From Actinomycetota bacterium (GTDB taxonomy: Bacteria; Actinomycetota; Thermoleophilia; Miltoncostaeales; Miltoncostaeaceae), in assembly GCA_044507145.1 (NCBI GenBank), contig JBIQJW010000002.1:1-40217 (forward strand): a stretch of 40,217 nt of DNA, in the 5' to 3' direction. A model generated the notes under the pieces. That model made no database searches and was not told the origin of the DNA. It saw only the letters and a list, made by a program, of their open reading frames with translations. The translations under genes and the position numbers were made by a program. Positions 32,780 to 40,217 of the stretch are shown here, in pieces (position 1 is the first letter of the stretch; every line of letters starts with the position of its first letter).

Positions 32780-34201
32780 ATGAGCACCTCGTCCCCCACA
32801 ACGCCCCGCCCGCGCCGCGGCGACATCCTCGAGCTGCACGTCGACGACCTGGCCTTCGGCGGCATGGGGGTGGCCCGTCACGACCGCTTCGTGATCTTCT
32901 GCCGCGACACCGCCCCGGGCGATCGCGTGCGCGTGCGGGTCACCAAGGCCCGCCGGCGCTTCGCCGAGGCCGACCTGGTGGAGCTGCTCTCGCCCGGGCC
33001 CTCGCGCATCCCGGCGCCGTGCCCGGCGGTGCCCCGGTGCGGCGGATGCCGGCTGCAGCATGTGGAGTACGACGTGGCGCTGGCGGCCAAGCGCGATCAG
33101 GTGGCCGAGCACCTCGCCCGCATCGGGCACCTGGAGGACATCGAGGTGCGCGAGCCGGATGCGGCCCTGGAACCGTTCGGCTACCGCAACAAGATGGAGT
33201 ACTCGGCCAGCCGCGGTGAGGACGGCGGCCCGGTGATCGGCTTCCACGAGCGCGGGCGGTGGGACAGCGTCATCGACGTCCCGCACTGCATGCTGGCCAC
33301 GCCCACCGGCAACGCCGTGCGCGAGCGCGTGCGCACCTGGGCGCTGGCGGAGGGCATCGCGCCGTACGACCAGCGGGCTCAGACCGGCGACCTGCGCCAC
33401 CTGGTGGTGCGCGAGGGCGTGGGTACCGGCCAGGTGCTGGTGAGTGTGGTGACCTCGGCGGGTAACGAGGCGGCGGTCGACCGGCTGGCCGAGCCGCTGA
33501 TGGCGGACCGGCCGGAGGTGGTCGGGGTGTTGCACGCGGTGAACGAGGGGGTGGCCGAGGTGACGTCGGGCCTGCCCACGCGCGTGGTGGCCGGCCGCGA
33601 CTGGCTGGAGGAGCGCGTGCGGGGCGTGACGCTGCGGCTGTCGGCGCCGGCGTTCTTCCAGACCAACACGCGGATGACCGACCGGTTGTACGAGCGCGTG
33701 GCCGAGGCCGCGGGCCTGGACGGGTCCCAGGTGCTCTACGACCTGTTCGCCGGCGTGGGGAGCATCGGCCTGGCGCTGGCCGACGGGGCGCGCGAGGTGG
33801 TGGCCATCGAGATCGTGCCGGAGGCCGTGGCGGACGCCCGCGCCAACGCCGAGCGCAACGGCGTGGCCAACCACACGGCGCTGTGTGGCGACGTGGGCGT
33901 GGTGCTGCGCGAGCACCGGGGGCAGCTCCCGCTGCCCGACGTGGCGGTGGTGGATCCGCCGCGCGGCGGTCTGTCGGGCCGCGCGATCCGGCGCATCCTC
34001 GAGCTCGCCCCGCCGGTGCTGGTGTACGTGTCGTGCCAGCCGGCGACCTTCGCCGACAACGCCGCGCGGTTCGTCGAGGGCGGCTACGAGCTGGAGTGGG
34101 TGCGCCCGGTCGACATGTTCCCCCAGACGCCGCACATCGAGGCGGTGGCGCGGTTCGTGCGTCGCGCCGACGCACCCCCGCCGCCGCAGCCGCGGCGGTG
34201 A
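32780..34201 (+). CDS. TRAM-domain, Fe-S-containing 23S rRNA (uracil-C5)-methyltransferase, RlmD/TrmA family
   Basis: N-terminal TRAM region, a Cys cluster PCPAVPRCGGCRLQH, SAM motif DLFAGVGSIG and C-terminal DMFPQTPHIEAV. Confidence 0.88.
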   Translation: MSTSSPTTPRPRRGDILELHVDDLAFGGMGVARHDRFVIFCRDTAPGDRVRVRVTKARRRFAEADLVELLSPGPSRIPAPCPAVPRCGGCRLQHVEYDVALAAKRDQVAEHLARIGHLEDIEVREPDAALEPFGYRNKMEYSASRGEDGGPVIGFHERGRWDSVIDVPHCMLATPTGNAVRERVRTWALAEGIAPYDQRAQTGDLRHLVVREGVGTGQVLVSVVTSAGNEAAVDRLAEPLMADRPEVVGVLHAVNEGVAEVTSGLPTRVVAGRDWLEERVRGVTLRLSAPAFFQTNTRMTDRLYERVAEAAGLDGSQVLYDLFAGVGSIGLALADGAREVVAIEIVPEAVADARANAERNGVANHTALCGDVGVVLREHRGQLPLPDVAVVDPPRGGLSGRAIRRILELAPPVLVYVSCQPATFADNAARFVEGGYELEWVRPVDMFPQTPHIEAVARFVRRADAPPPPQPRR

Positions 34202-34202
34202 C

Positions 34203-34889
34203 CTAGTAGGGCGGCTGCGCCTGGTGCCAGTCGCCGATGGCCCGGAAAGCGCTCCAGAACGCGCGCTTGGCGTTCTGCTCGTCCAGCGACTCGTCGATGT
34301 CCGGCACGTACAGCGCGTCGATGCTGGGCGTCCACTGCTGCACCTCGCCCGGTTCGGCCCGCAGCGGGGTGGCCAGCGGTTGCTCCATGCGATTCAGGGC
34401 GTCCACCACCCGCAGGCCCATCGGGACGATGAGCGCCGGTTTCACGATCTGCACCTCGCGCGCCAGCCACGGCAGGAACGTGTCCAGGTCGTCGTCCTCG
34501 GCCCGGCTCGCGCACTTCACGCACAGCGTGCCGTACAGGGACAGAGGGTCGATGCGCAGGCGCTGCATGCTCTTCAGAATCGCGGTGCCCGCACGGCCGA
34601 AGAAGGCGACGCCCTCCTGGCGCTCGGAGAGCCCGGGCTCCCACTTGATGAGCATGATCTCCGCCTGCGGCGACCCGGAGGCCAGCACCGGCAGTTCGTC
34701 GGCGTCGCGACAGGGCGCGGCGGCCGTGATCTCGTCGTTCAGTGCGGCCATCTCGGCGATGGCGCGGCGCTCGTAGGCGCTCTGGATGTCCTCCGCGCCG
34801 CCGGCGGTGCCCTCACCCATCTGGGGCGGGGCGGCGTTGCGCGACCGGCTGCGACGGGGCGATCCGGGAGTTGGGGCGTCGGGGCTCAT
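34203..34889 (-). CDS. Divergent uracil-DNA glycosylase superfamily protein (family-4-like fold signature)
   Basis: AEIMLIKWEPGLSERQEGVAFFGRAGTAILKSM aligns by eye to the family-4 block (I)MFVGEAPG..ED..G.PFVG.AG.LL. It has only 3 Cys and no HP motif-B equivalent. Confidence 0.55.
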   Translation of the reverse strand: MSPDAPTPGSPRRSRSRNAAPPQMGEGTAGGAEDIQSAYERRAIAEMAALNDEITAAAPCRDADELPVLASGSPQAEIMLIKWEPGLSERQEGVAFFGRAGTAILKSMQRLRIDPLSLYGTLCVKCASRAEDDDLDTFLPWLAREVQIVKPALIVPMGLRVVDALNRMEQPLATPLRAEPGEVQQWTPSIDALYVPDIDESLDEQNAKRAFWSAFRAIGDWHQAQPPY

Positions 34890-34978
34890 CCGCGACCCGT
34901 ATTACCCGGGTGCCCGCGTACTCCTGCCGATCGGTGTTGCATGCACGTGCCGGCGTTGCGAGTGGATGTCCCTGCGCG

Positions 34979-35677
34979 TCAGCGCAGCGGCGTGCGCGCC
35001 CCGTCGGCGCGCCACACCAGCAGGATGCGATGGAGGGCCGTCAGCGCGCTCAGGCCGGCCAGGATGGCCATGAGCACCGCCAGCACATTGCCCACCCCGC
35101 CCAGGAACAGGCCGGCGCCGACGATGACCAGCCGCTCGGGGCGGCCCATCAGCCCGGCGCTGGAGCCCGTGATGCCGAGCCCCTCGGCCCGGGCCCGGGC
35201 GTACGACACCAGGAACGACGCTGTGAGGGCGACGAAACAGGCGATGAGCGCCCAGTCCTGCCCGTCCTGGGCGAATGTGAGGCCGATGGCGCCCAGGATC
35301 ACCCCCTCGGCCAGGCGGTCGAGGGTGGAGTCGAGGAACGCGCCGAATCGGGTGGAGCGCTGTTGGTAGCGCGCCAGCGTGCCGTCCAGCGAATCCACGA
35401 GGCCCGACGCGATGAAGACCAGTGAGGCCAGCACCCACAGCCGTGCGACGGCCAAGCCGGAGGCGGCGCAGATGCCGAGGAAGCCGATGATCGTGACGGC
35501 GTTCGGGGTGATGCGGCTGGCGTCCACCGCGCGGAGGAACACGCGCTTGATCGGCGAGCGCCGCGCGGGTGTGCCGTTGTCGATCGTGGTGGTGATGGCC
35601 GGCCGTCCTCGCGTTTCGGGTGGCCGGGGTGGGGCCCGGCGGACACCGTGGATCCTACCGCCCGGACGGCGCGGCAC
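34979..35677 (-). CDS. CDP-alcohol phosphatidyltransferase, PgsA1-like (probable phosphatidylinositol-phosphate synthase)
   Basis: DSLDGTLARYQQRSTRFGAFLDSTLDR matches D(x)2DG(x)2AR(x)8G(x)3D(x)3D. ITPNAVTIIG and ARARAEGLG...RPERL resemble mycobacterial PgsA1. The start is uncertain: GTG 35677 or an internal GTG. Confidence 0.8.
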   Translation of the reverse strand: MPRRPGGRIHGVRRAPPRPPETRGRPAITTTIDNGTPARRSPIKRVFLRAVDASRITPNAVTIIGFLGICAASGLAVARLWVLASLVFIASGLVDSLDGTLARYQQRSTRFGAFLDSTLDRLAEGVILGAIGLTFAQDGQDWALIACFVALTASFLVSYARARAEGLGITGSSAGLMGRPERLVIVGAGLFLGGVGNVLAVLMAILAGLSALTALHRILLVWRADGARTPLR

Positions 35678-35720
35678 CTATGGCCGGGCGCGCGGCCCGC
35701 GACGGCCGCGGTGCGCCATC

Positions 35721-36548
35721 ATGGGGACGAGGCGACGACCGCGGACGACGATGCGACGGAGCACGGGAAACACGATGAATCCTGACGAGGCGTTGGCACG
35801 GGTGCTGGCACTCACCGGCGTGGCGCTGCCGCGCGGTGTGCTGGGCGAAGAGAGCTGGGAGCTGGGACGGGCGCTGGCGGGCGAAGGGCCCGACGACGCG
35901 GACGTGGCGGCGCTGGCCGATCGCGCCGCGCGCGTCCACTGGGAGACCCTGCGCGGGCCCATGGAGGCCGCGGTGCTCCAGGGCGCGCGGGCGGCATCGG
36001 GGCCGGATGTGCAGGCGTTCGCCATCGTGGGCGAATGGGCCGGCGACCCGGATCCCGACAACCCGTTCGCGCGGGCGCTGGCCGTCCGCGCGGCCGTGGA
36101 GCTGGCGGCGTCCGGAGCCCGCGCCCGCGGGTTGCTGCGCGAGGCCGAGGCGGATCTGGCGGCCGCCGACGACGTGCACGCGGCGGCGCGCGCCACCAGC
36201 GTGGCCGGGGCGGTGGTGGTGGAGTTGCTGGATCTGGATCCGGACGACTTCCTGCCCGAGATCACCGAGCACATCGGCGCGTCGCGCGGTGAGGACGCGG
36301 TGGATGACCTGGCGCGCGCCACCGGCGACGCCGAGATCCGCGGATGGGCCCGTGCCGCCGTCGCCGGCATCGGGGACCCCCAGGCGCCGGCCGCCACGGC
36401 GGCGCTGGCGCAGCTCGCTGCGGGTGATCCCCCGTCCGACCCCGCCCACGACCTGGTGTGGGTGCCCACCATCCTGGCGCTGGTGGAGCAGGCCATCGAG
36501 CGTGCGCTGGTGGACGAGGCGAGCGCGGCGGCCCGCAAGGGCGAGTGA
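35721..36548 (+). CDS. Hypothetical acidic Ala/Asp-rich protein (no family recognised)
   Basis: GC3 is high across the whole frame. Possible starts are ATG 35721, 35751 or 35775. The competing minus-strand ORFs have poorer third-position bias. Confidence 0.55.
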   Translation: MGTRRRPRTTMRRSTGNTMNPDEALARVLALTGVALPRGVLGEESWELGRALAGEGPDDADVAALADRAARVHWETLRGPMEAAVLQGARAASGPDVQAFAIVGEWAGDPDPDNPFARALAVRAAVELAASGARARGLLREAEADLAAADDVHAAARATSVAGAVVVELLDLDPDDFLPEITEHIGASRGEDAVDDLARATGDAEIRGWARAAVAGIGDPQAPAATAALAQLAAGDPPSDPAHDLVWVPTILALVEQAIERALVDEASAAARKGE

Positions 36549-36575
36549 CCTCGCCGCTCGCCCCGACGCCGGCGG

Positions 36576-37547
36576 CTACCCGCCGGCGTCGGGGACCGGA
36601 TCGCCGGCGGGTGGGCGTCTTCGGGCGCCCGCCGCAGTGAGCCCCCACACGACCCCGCCGAGGATGAGGGCGGCGCTGCCCAGCTCGGCGGGCGTGGGCG
36701 CGCGCGCCGCCATGATGCAGTCGTAGGCCATGGCGAACAGCGTCTCGGACACGATGAGATAGCCGAGAAGCGCGGTGGGCAGGCGGGCGCTGGCGCCGTT
36801 CCACAACCACGTGGCGACCCAGGTGGACGCCAGGCCGATGGCGAGCCCCCACGCGATCAGCTCGGCCGTCGACGCACCGGGCGCCGGGTTCAGCAGGTCG
36901 GGCCGCACCGCGATGGCGACGGCCAGGACCGGGATCAGGACGATCAGCGTCCCGAGCCCGGTGAGGCAGGTCCATTCCAGCGGGGCGATACCGGCGCGCC
37001 GGCCGCTCCCGGTCAGCCACTCCGCATTCAGCACGGCGTAGGCCAGCCAGGAGAGCAAGGCGACCACCGCGAGCGCCATCCCCACCCCGGCGGCCGCGGT
37101 GCTGGTGGATCCGGCGTCGGCGTCGGCGGCGCCCAGGGTGACGACCACGATCCCGACCGAGATCACGCACAGCGGCGGGAGGAGGCGCCCCCAGGGGACG
37201 CTGCGCCGGCGCAGGTTGGCGATGACCGCGAGGCCCACCGGGAGCGTGCCCAGCACGAGGGCGACGGGTGTCGGGCCGGTCATCTGGATGGCCTGGCCGG
37301 CGAGCAGGTAGTAGAGGACGTTGCCCAGCAGTCCCAGGGCGCACACACGCAGCCAGCCGGCGCGGTCCAAGCGCCGGAACGGGTTGAAACGCAGCACCAC
37401 CAGACCGGCGACCGCGGCGAGCCCGAAGGAGGCGAAGCGCACCGCGGTGATCTCGAACGGACCCCAGGGCTCGACCGCCGTGGGGGCCACGAACGTGAGG
37501 GCCCACAGCGCGCCCGCGGCGGCACCGAGGACGATGCCGGCGATCAT
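36576..37547 (-). CDS. DMT superfamily (EamA-like) transporter
   Basis: 323 aa with about 10 hydrophobic segments in a duplicated EamA-like layout (FEITAVRFASFGL..., LVLGTLPVGLAVIANL...). Confidence 0.75.
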   Translation of the reverse strand: MIAGIVLGAAAGALWALTFVAPTAVEPWGPFEITAVRFASFGLAAVAGLVVLRFNPFRRLDRAGWLRVCALGLLGNVLYYLLAGQAIQMTGPTPVALVLGTLPVGLAVIANLRRRSVPWGRLLPPLCVISVGIVVVTLGAADADAGSTSTAAAGVGMALAVVALLSWLAYAVLNAEWLTGSGRRAGIAPLEWTCLTGLGTLIVLIPVLAVAIAVRPDLLNPAPGASTAELIAWGLAIGLASTWVATWLWNGASARLPTALLGYLIVSETLFAMAYDCIMAARAPTPAELGSAALILGGVVWGLTAAGARRRPPAGDPVPDAGG

Positions 37548-37578
37548 GCGGCCGCCCCGCGCGGGGGCACGATGTCCC

Positions 37579-38301
37579 TCACCGTGGCGTGAGGCTGGGG
37601 AAGCCGGCGCCGTACCAGAAGTCGTTCACCTGCCGGCGCCGGTCGGCGGCGAAGAAGCTGAGCGTGCGGATGCGGTTGTGGCTGGTCACGAGCCACACGC
37701 GCCCATCCGAGCGGAAGCACATGACCCGGCCCTCACGCCGGGCGGTGTTGGTGGCGTAGCCCCACGTGCCCTCCGAGGGGATCCCGGAGGCGCGGACGCC
37801 GGGCCCCGGCACACAGTCACCGCTGTCCAGCGGGACGTCGTTCGCCCGCCGATAGCGACCGTAGGAGGCCTCCAGGCGCGCGCGGGTGGGGAACAGGTCG
37901 TAGTAGGCGTCCACCCCGAAGCGGCCCGCCGTGGCGCAGTAGAGCCCGGCCACCGAGCCGCCGGCGCGCGAGGCCGAGGGCTCGCGCGTGCAGTAGGGGG
38001 CCACCGCGGGGTCCAGACGCGCCAGCAGGTACGCCTCGCCCCCGTTCGGGAAGCCTGCCGGGCGGCGGATGCGGGCCCCGTCCTCGCCGGTCGCCGGTGT
38101 GGTCTGGGCGTCGGTGGTTGGCGGCGTGGGCAGCGCCGTCCGCGGGGGTGCGGTCCGGGTGTCGGTGGCCGGGGGCGCCGGCGCGGTCGTGCCGGCGGTG
38201 GTGGGGGCGGAGGCCGGCACCACGGTGGTGGTGCCGCCGCAGCCGGCGAGCGCCAGGGCGCCCGCGGCGCCGAGCATCAGCGTGGCGAGGGGGCGGAGCA
38301 T
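37579..38301 (-). CDS. Putative lipoprotein with a Thr/Pro-rich linker and a Cys-containing C-terminal domain of unknown function
   Basis: MLRPLATLMLGAAGALALAGC contains a lipobox (LAGC), followed by a T/P/A-rich linker and then a ~140-aa domain with conserved-looking Cys residues. ORF 38388 adds 29 codons before the signal peptide. Confidence 0.6.
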   Translation of the reverse strand: MLRPLATLMLGAAGALALAGCGGTTTVVPASAPTTAGTTAPAPPATDTRTAPPRTALPTPPTTDAQTTPATGEDGARIRRPAGFPNGGEAYLLARLDPAVAPYCTREPSASRAGGSVAGLYCATAGRFGVDAYYDLFPTRARLEASYGRYRRANDVPLDSGDCVPGPGVRASGIPSEGTWGYATNTARREGRVMCFRSDGRVWLVTSHNRIRTLSFFAADRRRQVNDFWYGAGFPSLTPR

Positions 38302-38540
38302 GTCGGCCCGCGACTCTACTGCGGTGACCCGCCGGGTGCCGTCGGTGCGGTCGCGGCCGGGGCCGCACGAGTCGCGGTGCGCAATCATCCGGTCGGGCGC
38401 CCGGTTCAGCGGGCGACGGGCGACGATGCGGCGGACCGGATGGATCCTCGGATGGGAGCGGTGGACGTGGACGCCGGAGGCAGGGCCTGAGCGGCCCCGG
38501 TGCCGGCGAGGCGGCGGGCACGCCGCGCCCCCGGACCGAC

Positions 38541-40217
38541 GTGCGCCGGGTGGTGGCGCTGTTCCGGCCGTACCGGCTGCGTCTGGCCTCGGTCCTGGGC
38601 CTCATCCTGGTCGCGGCGTCGCTGGACATCATTTCGCCGTTCCTGCTGCGCGCCGTGCTGGACCAGGCCATCCCGGAGCGCGACAACGCGCTGCTGACCG
38701 CGCTGGCCGGCGGGATGATCCTGATCGCGGTCGCCACCGGCGTGCTCGGCGTCTACCAGACGTTGCTGTCCAACCAGGTGGGCCAGCGCGTGATGCACGA
38801 CCTGCGCGCCGCCGTGTACCGGCACCTGCAGCGGCTGTCGCTGGCGTTCTTCACGCGCACGCGTACCGGCGAGGTGCAGGCGCGCATCGCCAGCGACATC
38901 GGCGGCGTGCAGAGCGTGGTGACCTCCACGGCCACCAGCATCGTCGCGAACGCCACCACGGTCATCGCCAGCGTCATCGCCATGTTCGTGCTCGACTGGC
39001 GCCTGGCCGTCTTCTCGCTGGCGCTCCTGCCGCTGTTCGTCCTCCTCACGCGCCGGGTCGGGGCGGCGCGCCGGCGCATCACCACCACCCGGCAGGAGAC
39101 GATCGCCGACATGTCGAGCATCGTCCAGGAGTCCCTCTCGATCTCGGGGATCCTGCTGGGGCGCACGATGGGGCGCTCCGACGCCCTGGCCGACCGCTTC
39201 GAGGGAGAGTCGGCGCGCCTGGCGGACCTGGAGGTGCGCCAGCGCATGGCGGGCCGCTGGACCATGGCCTCGATCCAGATCTCGTTCGCGGTGATGCCCG
39301 CCGCGGTCTACTGGTTCGCCGGCCAGACGTGGGCCGGGCCGGCGGTCACCATCGGCACCGTCGTCGCGTTCACCACGCTCCAGACGCGCCTGTTCCGGCC
39401 GGTGATGTCGCTGCTGGGGGTGCAGCTCGAGATCCAGACGTCCCTGGCCCTGTTCGACCGCATCTTCGAGTACCTGGACCTGCCGGTTGAGATCCGCGAG
39501 CGGCCCGACCCGGTGGTGCTGGATCCGGCGACGCTGCGCGGGGAGGTGGTGTTCCATGGGGTGGGGTTCGCCTACGCCGATGGGCGCCGGACCCTGCACG
39601 GGGTCGACATCGTGGTGCCGGCGGGGACCACCACGGCGATCGTCGGCGAGACCGGCTCGGGAAAGACGACCCTGGGATACCTCGTCGCCCGCCTGTACGA
39701 CGTGGGCGCCGGGCGCGTGACCATCGACGGCGTCGACGTGCGCGACATCTCGTTCGCATCGCTGGCGCAGACCGTCGGGGTGGTGTCGCAGGAGACCTAT
39801 CTCATCCACGCGACCGTGCGCGAGAACATCCGCTTCGCGCGCCAGGACGCCACCGATCGGGAGGTGGAGGACGCTGCGCGGGCCGCGCGCATCCACGAGC
39901 TCATCGCAGGTCTCCCGGACGGCTACGAGACCGTGGTGGGGGAGCGCGGCTACCGCTTCTCCGGCGGCGAGAAGCAGCGCATCGCCATCGCGCGCACGAT
40001 ACTGCGCAACCCGGCGGTGCTGGTGCTCGATGAGGCCACCAGCGCCCTGGACAACGAGACCGAGCGGGCCGTGCACGAGGCGCTGGCGCGCCTGAGCGAG
40101 GGGCGCACGGTCATCGAGATCGCGCACCGGCTCTCCACGGTGCGGGCCGCCGACCAGATCGTGGTGCTGGACGCCGGCGAGGTGGTGGAGCGCGGCACCC
40201 ACGACGAACTGCGCGAG
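38541..40217 (+). CDS. ABC exporter, fused permease/ATPase (MsbA/MdlB-like), 3'-truncated by the window end
   Basis: The open frame runs off the window, so it is absent from the ORF track. TMD: FRPYRLRLASVLGLILV...FFTRTRTGEV. NBD: Walker A GETGSGKTT, signature FSGGEKQRIAIAR, Walker B VLVLDEATSALD. GTG 38541 is the first canonical start, but high GC3 begins about 50 nt earlier. Confidence 0.88.
   Translation, partial: MRRVVALFRPYRLRLASVLGLILVAASLDIISPFLLRAVLDQAIPERDNALLTALAGGMILIAVATGVLGVYQTLLSNQVGQRVMHDLRAAVYRHLQRLSLAFFTRTRTGEVQARIASDIGGVQSVVTSTATSIVANATTVIASVIAMFVLDWRLAVFSLALLPLFVLLTRRVGAARRRITTTRQETIADMSSIVQESLSISGILLGRTMGRSDALADRFEGESARLADLEVRQRMAGRWTMASIQISFAVMPAAVYWFAGQTWAGPAVTIGTVVAFTTLQTRLFRPVMSLLGVQLEIQTSLALFDRIFEYLDLPVEIRERPDPVVLDPATLRGEVVFHGVGFAYADGRRTLHGVDIVVPAGTTTAIVGETGSGKTTLGYLVARLYDVGAGRVTIDGVDVRDISFASLAQTVGVVSQETYLIHATVRENIRFARQDATDREVEDAARAARIHELIAGLPDGYETVVGERGYRFSGGEKQRIAIARTILRNPAVLVLDEATSALDNETERAVHEALARLSEGRTVIEIAHRLSTVRAADQIVVLDAGEVVERGTHDELRE

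Noticed and set aside
30073-32865. A 930-aa minus-strand ORF spanning the glycosidase, tRNA-Pro, Nfu and the antisense of the C-N hydrolase.
   Set aside because: It reads straight through a well-formed tRNA and through genes in other frames or on the other strand. Only the C-terminal ~440 codons (the GH-A domain plus its signal peptide) look like real coding sequence.
38487-38540. A possible upstream non-canonical (CTG) start for the ABC exporter, because GC3 is already high from about 38487.
   Set aside because: GTG 38541 gives an acceptable N-terminus (MRRVVALFRPYRLRL...). The 18-codon stretch is too short to judge coding potential. It is noted only as uncertainty in the start call.

Overview
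This 40.2-kb window is very GC-rich, about 70% G+C by eye, with a strong G/C bias at third codon positions. I used that bias to choose reading frames. It looks like core chromosome from a high-GC Gram-positive (Actinomycetota-like) bacterium. A deep-branching lineage such as Thermoleophilia or Rubrobacteria is possible but cannot be tested here.

Positions 1-23 kb hold the classical translation super-cluster on the + strand:
- rpsL-rpsG-fusA, then an opposite-strand two-gene redox insert, then tuf.
- The S10 operon (rpsJ-rplC-rplD-rplW-rplB-rpsS-rplV-rpsC-rplP-rpmC-rpsQ).
- The spc operon (rplN-rplX-rplE-rpsZ-rpsH-rplF-rplR-rpsE-rpmD-rplO-secY-adk-map).
- rpmJ-rpsM-rpsK-rpsD-rpoA-rplQ.

This cluster continues co-directionally, with overlapping stop and start codons, into truA-surE-HAD hydrolase-ligA (23-27.4 kb).

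Positions 27.4-40.2 kb are a mixed-strand housekeeping and cell-envelope region. It contains:
- a PBP4-type DD-peptidase, a small HTH protein, a PAP2_C-type lipid phosphotransferase and a clan GH-A glycosidase;
- tRNA-Pro(CGG), an Nfu-type Fe-S protein, a C-N hydrolase and an RlmD/TrmA-type RNA methyltransferase;
- a divergent UDG-like protein, a PgsA1-like CDP-alcohol phosphatidyltransferase and an acidic orphan protein;
- a lipoprotein plus a DMT transporter, and the 5' part of an ABC exporter.

I saw no rRNA, CRISPR array, transposase, integrase or obvious defence genes. I do not see a convincing new multi-gene system. The most unusual items are:
1. adk has no canonical start codon ahead of its P-loop. 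An ATA overlapping the secY stop is the best candidate start.
2. fusA and tuf are separated by a reverse-strand gene pair (a deazaflavin-type oxidoreductase and a YdiJ-like FAD/Fe-S oxidase).
3. A terminator-like hairpin sits inside the tuf leader.
4. infA is absent from its usual map-rpmJ position.
5. The coding frame switches at the boundary between the small HTH gene and the PBP4 gene.
6. The UDG-like protein lacks the expected motif residues.

All family calls come from motifs I recognise by eye. No database search was possible.
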